A stretch of DNA of 62,881 nucleotides, counting the filler, from Octopus bimaculoides (Eukaryota), in assembly GCF_001194135.2 (NCBI RefSeq). It is 5 parts of 5 records of this genome, joined end to end, with 100 filler letters (N's around TTAATTAATTAA, not from the genome) between each part and the next. Parts side by side here need not be neighbours in the genome. Positions count along the whole stretch, not along the records: positions 1 to 27,479 come from NC_069003.1; 4 more parts are not named here. One strand, 5' to 3'. Under the pieces are notes generated by a model, which saw only the letters and a program-made list of their open reading frames with translations, ran no database searches and had not been told where the DNA came from. Position 1 is the first letter of the stretch, and every line of letters starts with the position of its first letter. Position numbers and translations under genes: made by a program. Positions 13,291 through 25,760 of this stretch are shown piece by piece.

Positions 13291-14965
13291 GTGTTGGTAG
13301 AATGTAGTCGCCATACTCCCTGCATGGCGTAAGAGGCAACTAAAAGGGGTAGGAGCGAAGAGATTGGGAATCCACCCCTTCCTAGTAATTTCATATCCCT
13401 AAAAAGACAGCAGGGTTGACTGAAACAAATAAAAGAATAAAGAATAAGGATTATCTTTGACAGAACAATCCCAGAGCTTAAAGGGTTAAGCAAAAATGAT
13501 GCTGGAATGGTAACTACAAGAAATAGATGCAGAGACGAAGGGGGAGTCCTTCATTGACTAGTTTGTAAGGGGTTTTGCGGGAGAGTGAAGCAAACATATG
13601 GTATAGATGTGAATTGCAAAAGGTGGAGGTTATCGCTAATCGGCAGTTTTTCCTAATCTGAATTTAACAGATGGCTTACTACAGGGGTTTTATTTTATTT
13701 TTCAAAAACCTGATACTGCATGCTTTGCAGCAACTCATGGCTGCATATATCTTGGTTGACGCTTGCATATTATATATTTTTTTTTTCTGAGTAGGAGCTT
13801 TGAAGGTTTTTTGTTTTTTTTTTCTGTTAAACAACAAAGCTACTTTAATAGGGTGGCTGTTGTGATAAACAAGCTCACTTTGGAACTACATGGATTCAGG
13901 CTCTGTCCCACTGCACAGCACCTTGGGCTAGTTTCTTCTACTAAGGTCTCTGGCCCACCAGAGCCTTGCACGTGGATTTGGTAAACAGAAACTGAAAAAA
14001 CTGCGTCGCGTGAGAGGCGACTAAAAGGGGCAGGAGCGAGACAGAATAATCTGAGTGCTTAAAGGGTTAAGCAACAATGATGCTGGAATGGTAACTACAA
14101 GAATATCTTGATCAAAGGCCAGCCTGATCAGGACTGACCTGGGGCTAAACGACCATAGCAGCAACAACAGTAACAATTACAACTACTTCTATATGCTATG
14201 ATATTTGATTTTTATTAGTTTTTTTTTCTTTCTTCTTTATTGTTGCCTGGCTGTTGTTTGTCCCTCCTTATTTTAAAGAAAGCAACTGAAATCTGTGTCA
14301 TTGGTATTCTTAATCTCTTAATTCTCCACCAGATTTTAAAGCAGATCCTTTATCCTTGGAGATTAGCTCAGCAAAAATGNNNNNNNNNNNNNNNNNNNNN
14401 NNNNNNNNNNNNNNNNNNNNNNNNNNNNNNNNNNNNNNNNNNNNNNNNNNNNNNNNNNNNNNNNNNNNNNNNNNNNNNNNNNNNNNNNNNNNNNNNNNNN
14501 NNNNNNNNNNNNNNNNNNNNNNNNNNNNNNNNNNNNNNNNNNNNNNNNNNNNNNNNNNNNNNNNNNNNNNNNNNNNNNNNNNNNNNNNNNNNNNNNNNNN
14601 NNNNNNNNNNNNNNNNNNNNNNNNNNNNNNNNNNNNNNNNNNNNNNNNNNNNNNNNNNNNNNNNNNNNNNNNNNNNNNNNNNNNNNNNNNNNNNNNNNNN
14701 NNNNNNNNNNNNNNNNNNNNNNNNNNNNNNNNNNNNNNNNNNNNNNNNNNNNNNNNNNNNNNNNNNNNNNNNNNNNNNNNNNNNNNNNNNNNNNNNNNNN
14801 NNNNNNNNNNNNNNNNNNNNNNNNNNNNNNTAAGAAATTTATCGGCCAGTAAGTTCAAAATCCCTCGCCCTAATGAATTTCAATTCAGTGTGTATCAGAA
14901 ATAGTCCCGCACAGGAAAGAGACTCGTACGAATTCCTGTGGTTAAACTATCCACCTTAGAGTTAT

Positions 14966-15000
<35 letters not shown>

Positions 15001-15482
15001 TTTATATCTTGGGTCTGTGAACAATAGCATTGTTAGTTATTGGTTCACAGCCAGCCAATCACATCATCATCAGCATCTTTTTTAAATGTCCACCACTTTT
15101 CCATGCTGGCATAGACTGCACAGAATTACGTTGAGGCATATTTTCTACAGCCGGGTGCTCTTCCTCTCGCCAACCCTCGCCCATTTCCAAGCAAGGTGAT
15201 ATTTCCCCATGACTAGAGAAACAAAGGACACTGCTTGCATAACAGTGTCACTTGTTTACAGCATCACATGATGTACACTAACACATCCACCCATACGTAA
15301 GGATACACTAACACATCCACCCATACGTACTTATGATATGCATATATTATATTATATTACAATGCATATATTATATTATAATATTATAATATTATAATGC
15401 ATATATTATATTATAATATTATAATATTATAATATGCATATATTAACAAATTTTTAAGCTATCATGTTGCATATATTTACTC

Positions 15483-15790
15483 TTTTACTCTTACTTGTTT
15501 CAGTCATTTGACTGCAGCCATCCTGGGGCACTGCCTTTAGTTGAGCAAATCAACCACAGGACTTATTCTTTGTAAGCCTAGTACTTATTCTATCGGTCTC
15601 GTTTGCCGAACCGCTAAGTTACAGGAACCTAAACACACCAGCATCAGTTGTCAAGCGATGATGGTGGGGGGGGGGGGGGGGAGGAAACCACACACACACA
15701 TATACGACGGGCTTCTTTCAGTTTCTGTCTACCAAATCCTCTCACAAGGCTTTGGTCAGCCCAAGGCTATTGTAGACGACACTTGCCCCT
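15483..15790 (-). mobile_element. 5'-truncated family A SINE
   Basis: Matches the family A tail and body up to gacacttgccc. Confidence 0.85.
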
Positions 15791-17049
15791 AAGGCCTAAG
15801 AACATCAGGTATGTGTGTGTGTCTGTACCCGTGTAAACTTTCCTCTATGTGTGTATGCGTGTGTTTGTGGGGCGGTGAGTGTTAGCTTCAGGCTTGACGC
15901 TAGAGGTTTTATCGAAGTCATTTAAACGACATGAAAAACATCTTAATTAGACTCTCTGCTCCTTGCTGGTTCTTCTTGAAACCCCTGTGTTTGAAGCCAA
16001 GTGTTCACAGCGCCAAACCGAAAGAAAAGGTAGAGAAAGGGCCAATGAAACTGTTCTTTACCCTTTTCTCCAATTAATATTCCGTTTCTAAATTGCTGGA
16101 TGAACAACAAGAAACAAGGGACTTTCGCCTTATTAAGCTTACAAATTACACTATTTTCTAGGGGTTTTTTCACTTTAATATGTACCCATTGTCAACATTT
16201 ACATAAAGAAGGCAGACATCTCCATCTTGTTCCCCGGCCCCTCCNNNNNNNNNNNNNNNNNNNNNNNNNNNNNNNNNNNNNNNNNNNNNNNNNNNNNNNN
16301 NNNNNNNNNNNNNNNNNNNNNNNNNNNNNNNNNNNNNNNNNNNNNNNNNNNNNNNNNNNNNNNNNNNNNNNNNNNNNNNNNNNNNNNNNNNNNNNNNNNN
16401 NNNNNNNNNNNNNNNNNNNNNNNNNNNNNNNNNNNNNNNNNNNNNNNNNNNNNNNNNNNNNNNNNNNNNNNNNNNNNNNNNNNNNNNNNNNNNNNNNNNN
16501 NNNNNNNNNNNNNNNNNNNNNNNNNNNNNNNNNNNNNNNNNNNNNNNNNNNNNNNNNNNNNNNNNNNNNNNNNNNNNNNNNNNNNNNNNNNNNNNNNNNN
16601 NNNNNNNNNNNNNNNNNNNNNNNNNNNNNNNNNNNNNNNNNNNNNNNNNNNNNNNNNNNNNNNNNNNNNNNNNNNNNNNNNNNNNNNNNNNNNNNNNNNN
16701 NNNNNNNNNNNNNNNNNNNNNNNNNNNNNNNNNNNNNNNNNNNNNNNNNNNNNNNNNNNNNNNNNNNNNNNNNNNNNNNNNNNNNNNNNNNNNNNNNNNN
16801 NNNNNNNNNNNNNNNNNNNNNNNNNNNNNNNNNNNNNNNNNNNNNNNNNNNNNNNNNNNNNNNNNNNNNNNNNNNNNNNNNNNNNNNNNNNNNNNNNNNN
16901 NNNNNNNNNNNNNNNNNNNNNNNNNNNNNNNNNNNNNNNNNNNNNNNNNNNNNNNNNNNNNNNNNNNNNNNNNNNNNNNNNNNNNNNNNNNNNNNNNNNN
17001 NNNNNNNNNNNNNNNNNNNNNNNNNNNNNNNNNNNNNNNNNNNNNNAAA

Positions 17050-17555
17050 TGTGGTTGGGTGCAGGGCATAGCTGTGTGGTAAGAAGCTTGCTTCTCAACC
17101 ACATTGTTCCAGGTTCAGTCCCACTGCCTGGCACCTTCTACTATAAGCCTCGGGCTGACTGAAGTCTTGCGAGTGGATTTGGCTGACAAAAAAACTGAAA
17201 GTTCATTATATATATATTTTTTTATTCTTTTACTTGTTTCAGTCATGTGACTGTGACATTGGCCACACTGGAGCACCACCTTGATGGGTTTTTTAGTCGA
17301 ACAAATCGACTCCAGGTGTTATTTTTTTTAAGCTTATAACTCTTTTGCCAAACTGCTAAGTTACAAGGGATCTAAACACACATGCACCATGGTGGTGTGT
17401 TTAGGTCCCCGTAACGTAGCAGTTCAGCAAAAGACACTGATAGAATAAGTACTAAGCTTACAAAGAATAAGTCCTGGGGTCGATTTGATTCGACTTAAAG
17501 GCGGTGCTCCAGCATGGTCGCAGTCAAATGACTTAAACAAGTAAAAGAGTAAAAA
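17050..17555. mobile_element. Cluster of three family A SINE fragments (+ head, - tail, + tail)
   Basis: 17050-17175 +, 17225-17380 - and 17395-17555 + each match family A segments. Confidence 0.75.
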
Positions 17556-18024
17556 AAGTATTTCACAGAAACATTGTCATGAAAAGGTTAAATTGAAATT
17601 CATTCCATCTCCTCTTTCATATGTCCTTGAACTGCTAGTCTTTCTCGTTAGGGTCACTCTTCTAATCAATTCTCGTTAGAGTGACTCCTCGAATAAATTA
17701 ATAGCTACCCTCATTTTTTTGTTTTGTTTTTCAATACATTAATCCTCTTATGTTTTGCAGTTCTGTTTGTTTACATTAGAAAAGGATAACTTTTGGTTGT
17801 AAAATACCCCCCACTTCATGTACATGGCTCCTCCCCATTGACTTATCATAATTGTAATCGTTCGTTTGATAAGCCTCGGGCTAGGTGTGCAATTAATTCT
17901 AACGATAACGAAGAATTTAGTAAAATAACTCATTACTAGGCTTGTGTTTGGAACATAAAATTAACACGAGATCTTGATGGACTATTTTAATTTGGATCGT
18001 TTTAACCCTTTTGTTATCATATTT

Positions 18025-18059
<35 letters not shown>

Positions 18060-18244
18060 TCAACGTCTGATTTCCATGCTGGCATGGGTTGGACAGTTTG
18101 ACAGAAGCTGATCAGCTGAAGGGCTGCTCAGGCTCCAAGTGTGTTTTGACATGGTTTCCACAGCTGGATGCCCTTCCTGGTGCCAACCACTATAGAGAGC
18201 GTACTGGGTGCTTCTACACAGTACTGGCTTGGGTGCTTTTTATG

Positions 18245-18652
18245 TCTTTTACTTGTTTCAGTCATTTGACTGCGGCCATCCTGGGGCACTGCCTTTAGTT
18301 GAGCAAATCAACCACAGGACTTATTCTTTGTAAGCCTAGTACTTATTCTATCGGTCTCTTTTGTTGAACCGCTAAGTTACGGGGACGTAGACACATCAGC
18401 ATCAGTTGTCAAGTGATGTTGGGGGGACTAACACAGACACACAAACATATACAGACACACAAACATATACACACACATACATATATACGACGGGCTTCTT
18501 TCAGTTTCCGTCTACCAAATCCACTCACAAGGCTTTGGTCGGCCCGAGCCTATAGTAGAAGACACTTGCCCAAGGTGCCACGCAGCGGGACTGAACCCGA
18601 AACCATGTGGTTGGTAAGCAAGCTACTTAGCACGCAGCCACTCCTACGCCTA
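18245..18652 (-). mobile_element. Full-length family A SINE
   Basis: Same head, body and tail as 61235-61663. Confidence 0.9.
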
Positions 18653-19429
18653 TGTGTAGTAAAATAATGCCTTTGTTTCAACTAATTTTGAAAATAATCA
18701 AGAATTTAGGAAATAACTTTGGCATTATCAAGCTGGTGCTTTTGGAACATAAATTAACATGATATTTTGATGGGAGATTTTAATTTAGATAACTTAAAAA
18801 ACATGAAGTCGATACCATAAAAAGCCAAGGATTGTCTCAGACAGATCAGTTTCAAAATGGTTAAAATAACCTAAAGAACGGAACAGTTTTCTAGCAAAAG
18901 AAACAACAAAAAATGTAGTCAACGTAGAGCATAATTAAACTTGTTTAAATAATTCAGTTAAATGCACAGCAATGGTTTTTGAGTAATGTTTACAAGATTA
19001 AGAAACAATGTCTTGGACTTAGGCGAAGATCGGAACTGCTGGTGTCGTAGTTGGTACCAAAGTCTATGTTATGTAAACCAAATCTACTAAAAGTAAACTG
19101 CTTCTGTTTGGAACCATAACAACAAGAATAGGGGTTGTTTGTCTACATTTTTGGGGGTTTTATTTTTGGTTTTTGTTTTACACCCAATTTTTTTAAAAGG
19201 TAAAACAAAATAAAAAATATACTAAAATCAGTTTGAAAATGTTATTTATAACTTTAATCTGTCAGGCACTTGGTTTTCCTTTTTTTGTTGTTGTTGTTGT
19301 TTTAGGATTTTTTGTTTGTTTTTTGTCTTGTTTTCCACACTGTTCACAGCTAGCTATTTGCTTTATCTGTTGTAAATATTTGTAAGCTGATGTAAATCGA
19401 TACTGTTGCTTCTTGTGGTTGAATGTCGA

Positions 19430-19832
19430 TAAAATATATATGTATGTATATGTATGTATGTATGTATGGATGTATGTATGTGTGTGTATGTATGTGTGTG
19501 TATGTATGTGTGTATGTATATATGTATGTATGTATGTATATATATTTATGTGTATATATGCTTATAGGTANNNNNNNNNNTGTATGTGTGTGTATGTATG
19601 TGTGTATGTATATATGTATGTATGTATGTATATATATTTATGTGTATATATGCTTATAGGTACATATGTGTATGTATGTGTATATATATGTATGTGTGTA
19701 TATATATGTGTGTATATGCGTATATGTGTATATGCGTATATATGTATGTATATATGCGTATATGCATGTAGGTATGTATATGTGCATGTATATATATATG
19801 TATGTATATATATGTGCATGTACATAGATATA

Positions 19833-19877
<45 letters not shown>

Positions 19878-20035
19878 NNNNNNNNNNATGTATGTATGTA
19901 TGTATGTATGTATGTGTCTGTATATATATAGATATATATGTAGATATATATATATACATATATATGTATGTATGTATATACAGATATGTATATATGTGTC
20001 TGTATATATATATATTTATATGTGTCTATATATAT
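19430..20035. repeat. Compound TATG/TA microsatellite
   Basis: Direct reading. Confidence 0.95.
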
Positions 20036-20171
20036 CACACACAAACAAAAAAAAGTAAATAACAGGGGAAAAAAAAACAATCCCACACACCCCAACAAAA
20101 CATAAACAGAAATGTGAACATGAAATTAGATTTTTCTTCCAATTTTATCTTTGCGTTTTTTCTCTCTCCAG

Positions 20172-20241
20172 AAGAAAATGGCCAGCCATTCCTATAATAT
20201 ACTACCAGTTTGCTTTTTAATAATACTGATAACTGGTGCTC
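20172..20241 (+). CDS. Candidate first coding exon encoding a signal peptide or signal anchor (MASHSYNILPVCFLIILITGA)
   Basis: Long pyrimidine tract with ctctctccag| acceptor, aaaATGg start at 20178, 21 codons with a hydrophobic core, then C|gtatgt donor in phase 1. Confidence 0.5.
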
Positions 20242-20439
20242 GTATGTGCCCCGCTTGTCGTTCCAGTCTCAAGAGCTGCTGGAATCACTTGTTCGTTTAC
20301 TTCATCGCTTCTGACCTCGTCCAATCATTTTTCATTTATTCGTTCAGCAACGTAGTTTCTGTCACTGCGAAACTAATCTCAATCTGCGATAAGACTGAAG
20401 CAACATGGCTTCCAACTGCTTTGCCGAATTGCACCAACT

Positions 20440-21560
20440 TCCTTCCTTCCTTCCTTTCTTCTTTCCTTCCTTCATTCCTTCCTTCCTTTCTTCTTTCCTT
20501 CCTTCATTCCTTCCTTCGTTCCTTCCTTCTTTCCTTCCTTCGTTCCTTCCTTCTTTCCTTCCTTCGTTCCTTCCTTCTTTCCTTCCTTCGTNNNNNNNNN
20601 NNNNNNNNNNNNNNNNNNNNNNNNNNNNNNNNNNNNNNNNNNNNNNNNNNNNNNNNNNNNNNNNNNNNNNNNNNNNNNNNNNNNNNNNNNNNNNNNNNNN
20701 NNNNNNNNNNNNNNNNNNNNNNNNNNNNNNNNNNNNNNNNNNNNNNNNNNNNNNNNNNNNNNNNNNNNNNNNNNNNNNNNNNNNNNNNNNNNNNNNNNNN
20801 NNNNNNNNNNNNNNNNNNNNNNNNNNNNNNNNNNNNNNNNNNNNNNNNNNNNNNNNNNNNNNNNNNNNNNNNNNNNNNNNNNNNNNNNNNNNNNNNNNTT
20901 CCTTCCTTCGTTCCTTCCTTCTTTCCTTCCTTCGTTCCTTCCTTCTTTCCTTCCTTCGTTCCTTCCTTCTTTCCTTCCTTCGTTCCTTCCTTCGTTCCTT
21001 CCTTCTTTCCTTCCTTCGTTCCTTCCTTCGTTCCTTCCTTCTTTCCTTCCTTCATTCCTTCCTTCGTTCTTTCCTTCTTTCCTTCCTTCATTCCTTCCTT
21101 CTTTCCTTCCTCCGTTCCTTCGTTCCTTCCTTCGTTCGTTCCTTCCTTCGTTCCTTCCTTCGTTCCTTCGTTCCTTCCTTCTTTCCTCCCTTCGTTCCTT
21201 CCTTCATTCCTTCCTTCGTTCCTTCCTTCTTTCCTTCCTTCGTTCGTTCCTTCTTTCCTTCCTTCATTCGTTCGTTCCTTCGTTCCTTCATTCCTTCGTT
21301 CGTTCGTTCCTTCCTTCTTTCCTTCCTTTGTTCCTGCTGTTCGTTCCTTCATTCCATCCTTCTTTCGTTCATTCCTCTTTCCTTCATCCCCTCCTTCGTT
21401 TCTTCATTTGTTTCGTCCTTCATTCATTCGTTCGTTCCTTCGTTCCTTCCTTCCCTCATTCAATTGTTCATTCTTTCCCTCTATTGTTTGTTGATTTCTT
21501 CTTTCGTTTGTTCCTTCCTTCCCTCATTTGTTCCATTGTTCCTTCCCTCGTTTGTTCCTT
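20440..21560. repeat. (TTCC)n microsatellite with a 24-bp higher-order unit TTCG(TTCC)2TTCT(TTCC)2
   Basis: Regular alternation of TTCG and TTCT every third tetramer at 20510-21040, decaying towards 21560. Confidence 0.95.
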
Positions 21561-21583
21561 CATTTCCTTCCGTGCCTTGACAG

Positions 21584-21683
21584 TTTATCACAGACAGGTA
21601 ACGCCGCACGAAAGCACTGCCAAGCCAGGGGTTTCTGGTAATCGTCCATTTGCCCAGCCTTCGCTACTTTCTATGATGGCAGG
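21584..21683 (+). CDS. Candidate second exon of the same gene (LYHRQVTPHESTAKPGVSGNRPFAQPSLLSMMAG)
   Basis: Acceptor ccttgacag| at the end of the TTCC tract; phase-1 entry gives an open frame; donor CAGG|gtatga (phase 2). The sequence is non-repetitive and GC-balanced. An alternative donor CAG|gtaacg lies at 21598. Confidence 0.35.
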
Positions 21684-21694
21684 GTATGATTTTA

Positions 21695-22330
21695 CTCTTT
21701 TCTCTCTTTTACTTGTTTCAGTCATTTGACTGCGGCCATGCTGGGGCACCGCCTTTAGTCGAGCAGATCGACCCCAGGACTTATTCTTTGTAAGCCTAGT
21801 ACTTATTCTATCGGTCTCTTTTTGCCGAACCGCTAAGTTACGGGGACGTAGACACATCAGCATCAGTTGTCAAGTGATGTTGGGGGGACTAACACAGACA
21901 CACAAACATATACAGACACACAAACATATACACACACATACATATATACGACGGGCTTCTTTCAGTTTCCGTCTGCCAAATCCACTCACAAGGCTTTGGT
22001 CGGCCCNNNNNNNNNNGTAAGCCTAGTACTTATTCTATCGGTCTCTTTTTGCCGAACCGCTAAGTTACGGGGACGTAGACACATCAGCATCAGTTGTCAA
22101 GTGATGTTGGGGGGACTAACACAGACACACAAACATATACAGACACACAAACATATACACACACATACATATATACGACGGGCTTCTTTCAGTTTCCGTC
22201 TGCCAAATCCACTCACAAGGCTTTGGTCGGCCCGAGCCTATAGTAGAAGACACTTGCCCAAGGTGCCACGCAGTGGGACTGAACCCGGAACCATGTGGTT
22301 GGTAAGCAAGCTACTTACCACACAGACACT
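21695..22330 (-). mobile_element. Family A SINE, partly duplicated across a 10-N gap (assembly overlap)
   Basis: 21791-22006 recurs essentially verbatim at 22017-22232. Confidence 0.9.
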
Positions 22331-22729
22331 CGGTTTTGCATATGTTTAATAACAATATGTGTGTGATGGTTGTTTGTAGGTAAGGAATTTTCCATAAATT
22401 CTAAAACATCACCTCATCTCTCATAGAAACTGTAATAAAGCTAACATTATCACTTTATGTGTCGTAGTTATTGTTAGCAAATTGGTAATAAAACTTGTTT
22501 AATTTCTTCAGATTTCCAAGCACTTCTCTATTTTCACCTGTGTTTTACCTATAGTTTTCCTTGCAAGGCAATATGGATGTCTCTATAATTAAGAAGGAAA
22601 TTTGCGATTTAGTGTAATAATAATGTATCCGATAATTCATTCCAAGCTGCTCATTATGGCTTTAATCGACAGAGGAATTATCACATGCATTATCTCATTT
22701 TAATGCAATCTTTAAATGTATCTTCTTGG

Positions 22730-22935
22730 TGAGCTGGCAGAATCATTAGCACGCTGAGCAAAATGCTTAGCTGCATTGTGTCTGCCTCGACATTCCGAGT
22801 TCAAATTCCATCAAGGTCGAATTTGTGTTTTATCTTTTAGGGCGGTAGATAAAGTAAGTCGGGCACTGGGGTCAGTTTAATCACACACCTCCCGCCATTA
22901 AAAAATTGCAGGCCTTGTGCCAAAATGTGAAATCC
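22730..22935 (+). mobile_element. Family B SINE
   Basis: gagctggcagaatcattagcacg...gagttcaaattcc. Confidence 0.8.
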
Positions 22936-23415
22936 TTATTAAACAGTGATTGCTATATATTTCAATACACTACTGTTATACATTGGAGTTTTTATATACA
23001 GTGATTCCAATACACCGCGGCTCCTATACACTGTTATACAATGGAGCAGTTATACACAATGATGGTTGTACACTGCTTGACATTGCAGTCATACACACAG
23101 ATTCCTCTGTACTCTGGTAGTTGCATACTGCTCTATACTGCAATAATCATACATAGTAACTGCTATACACTGTGGTATACTAGTATACACTGCAGTAGCT
23201 GTACACAATGACTGCTGTGCATTACAGGAGTTATACCAGAGTACGGGTTGTACTCTGCAGTCATTATTATCCACTGTGATTGCTGTACATTTCCATACAC
23301 TGTAATACATTGGTGTTGTTATACACAGTGATTGCTATACACTGTTATACAATACAGTAGTTATACAGTGATTCCTATATACTGTTACACAATACAGTAG
23401 TTATACACAGTGATG

Positions 23416-23780
23416 GTGGAGCCGCAATGGCCCAGTGGTTAGGGCAGTGGACTCGCGGTCATAGCATCGCGGTTTCAATTCCAAGACCGGGCGTTGTGAG
23501 CGAAAACACCTAAAGCTCCATGAGGCTCCGGCAGGGGATGTTGGCGAAACCTGCTGTACTCTTTCACCACAACTTTCTCTCACTTTTTCTTCCTGTTTCT
23601 GTTGTGCCTGTAATTCAAAGGGTCAGCCTTGTCACACTGTGTCACGCTGACTATCCCCGAGAACTACGTTAAGGGTACACGTGTCTGTGGAGTGCTCAGC
23701 CACTTGCACGTTAATTTCACGAGCAAGCTGTTCCGTTGATCGGATCAACTGAAACCGTCGACGGAGTACCAACAACAACA
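23416..23780 (+). mobile_element. Family C SINE inserted in a minisatellite
   Basis: Homologous along its length to 4156-4501. Confidence 0.9.
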
Positions 23781-24039
23781 TCTCATCTCACGCTGCAGGG
23801 TTTTTTAATGTTTCAATCGGGGGGAAAGCCAGTGGATTAAATGGTTAAAATAAGGGGGTTTCGTGAAAGCAAACATTCAAAAGAGATATTTCGAATTACA
23901 GGCTGTAACCAAACCGGCAGGTAAATGAGCCCCGGTAAAGAATTTATTCCTAAAATATTGCTTTAAAACATTAATTAATTGTAACAAATAAGTACTACAT
24001 AATATCATAGATTTTATAATTGTGGCGGGGTACATCTTT

Positions 24040-24080
24040 CCAGCTTGCCCCGGGCACGGTTTACCCCAGCTATGCCACTG
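24040..24080. mobile_element. Isolated hAT-like transposon terminus
   Basis: ...cttgccccgggc...ccccagctatgccactg resembles the reverse complement of CAGTGGCGTAGC-type termini. No partner end was found. Confidence 0.35.
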
Positions 24081-25540
24081 CAGTCATACAGACAGATTCT
24101 GCGGTAGTTATAGGTTACTATTTACTGCAATAGTTATACACCATGATTGCTATACACTGCAGTAGTCATACATAGTGATTGCTATACACTGCAGTCGATA
24201 TTATACTCAGCGATTGCTCTTTGTAGTTTTCTTCTTTCTTATTATATAGTCCAGTGAACTGACACGTCTACCTCGGCAGAAAATGCTGATCTTTCAAAAT
24301 AAAATTCTTTCTATTTCTAATGATGGCCAGATAATCTGCTTTTGTTGTGCAAATGAAACGAAGTTTGTTTGTATTTCTTTTGGGGTTGTTTTTTTTTTAT
24401 CAGTTATTGTTAGTTTTTTTTTTATTAGTTTTTTGTCTGTTTATTTATTTATTGAAAATTTTGTTGTTGCTGTTGTTGTCGACGTTGTTTATTCTATCAG
24501 TTGCAGTGTAATGCACATTGCAGATGCTAAAAAGAACCTGTATATTTCTGATTAGAAATTCTCATTAGAAACTTAAGTCTTTGGAGGATATAAAACAAAA
24601 AACACCAAAAAAAAAAAAAAAAAAAANNNNNNNNNNNNNNNNNNNNNNNNNNNNNNNNNNNNNNNNNNNNNNNNNNNNNNNNNNNNNNNNNNNNNNNNNN
24701 NNNNNNNNNNNNNNNNNNNNNNNNNNNNNNNNNNNNNNNNNNNNNNNNNNNNNNNNNNNNNNNNNNNNNNNNNNNNNNNNNNNNNNNNNNNNNNNNNNNN
24801 NNNNNNNNNNNNNNNNNNNNNNNNNNNNNNNNNNNNNNNNNNNNNNNNNNNNNNNNNNNNNNNNNNNNNNNNNNNNNNNNNNNNNNNNNNNNNNNNNNNN
24901 NNNNNNNNNNNNNNNNNNNNNNNNNNNNNNNNNNNNNNNNNNNNNNNNNNNNNNNNNNNNNNNNNNNNNNNNNNNNNNNNNNNNNNNNNNNNNNNNNNNN
25001 NNNNNNNNNNNNNNNNNNNNNNNNNNNNNNNNNNNNNNNNNNNNNNNNNNNNNNNNNNNNNNNNNNNNNNNNNNNNNNNNNNNNNNNNNNNNNNNNNNNN
25101 NNNNNNNNNNNNNNNNNNNNNNNNNNNNNNNNNNNNNNNNNNNNNNNNNNNNNNNNNNNNNNNNNNNNNNNNNNNNNNNNNNNNNNNNNNNNNNNNNNNN
25201 NNNNNNNNNNNNNNNNNNNNNNNNNNNNNNNNNNNNNNNNNNNNNNNNNNNNNNNNNNNNNNNNNNNNNNNNNNNNNNNNNNNNNNNNNNNNNNNNNNNN
25301 NNNNNNNNNNNNNNNNNNNNNNNNNNNNNNNNNNNNNNNNNNNNNNNNNNNNNNNNNNNNNNNNNNNNNNNNNNNNNNNNNNNNNNNNNNNNNNNNNNNN
25401 NNNNNNNNNNNNNNNNNNNNNNNNNNNNNNNNNNNNNNNNNNNNNNNNNNNNNNNNNNNNNNNNNNNNACATCTGATTTTAATGTTTTAGAAGCATCACA
25501 TACTATTGCGATAGACTTGTTTGATAAGATAGTAAATTGG

Positions 25541-25574
<34 letters not shown>

Positions 25575-25604
25575 TCAATATATACAATTACATATATATA
25601 TACA

Positions 25605-25760
25605 CTCTCTGAGTGGTTGGCGTTAGGAAGGGCATCCAGCTGTAGAAACTCTGCCAAATTAGATTGGAGCCTGGTGTAGCCATCCGGTTTCACCAGTCCT
25701 CAGTCAAATCGTCCAACCCATGCTAGCATGGAAAGCGGACGTTAAACGATGATGATGATG
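25605..25760 (+). mobile_element. 3' tail of an abundant retroposon ending in (GAT)n; other copies at 8400-8660 -, 13250-13290 +, 15060-15270 -, 18030-18235 -
   Basis: cactctctgagtggttggcgttaggaagggcatccagctgtagaaac...ccaacccatgctagcatggaaagcggacgttaaacgatgatgatg. Confidence 0.75.

Larger units (their letters stand above)
22940..24220. repeat. Degenerate 30-42 bp minisatellite (cagtgattgctatacactg...), interrupted at 23416-24080
   Basis: cagtg unit starts at 23326, 23366 and 23408; the array resumes at 24080-24220. Confidence 0.8.

Noticed and set aside
20151-21494. 447-aa ORF with PSFL/EGRK repeats
   Set aside because: It reads through the TTCC tract and a gap; only the first 21 codons after ATG 20178 look like a real exon.
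21791-22232. Apparent tandem SINE dimer
   Set aside because: Verbatim duplication on either side of a 10-N gap, typical of overlapping contig ends.
23416-23490. tRNA genes at SINE heads (also 4430-4501, 18590-18652, 61600-61663)
   Set aside because: A and B boxes are present but continue into SINE bodies, and the cloverleaf and acceptor stems are incomplete.
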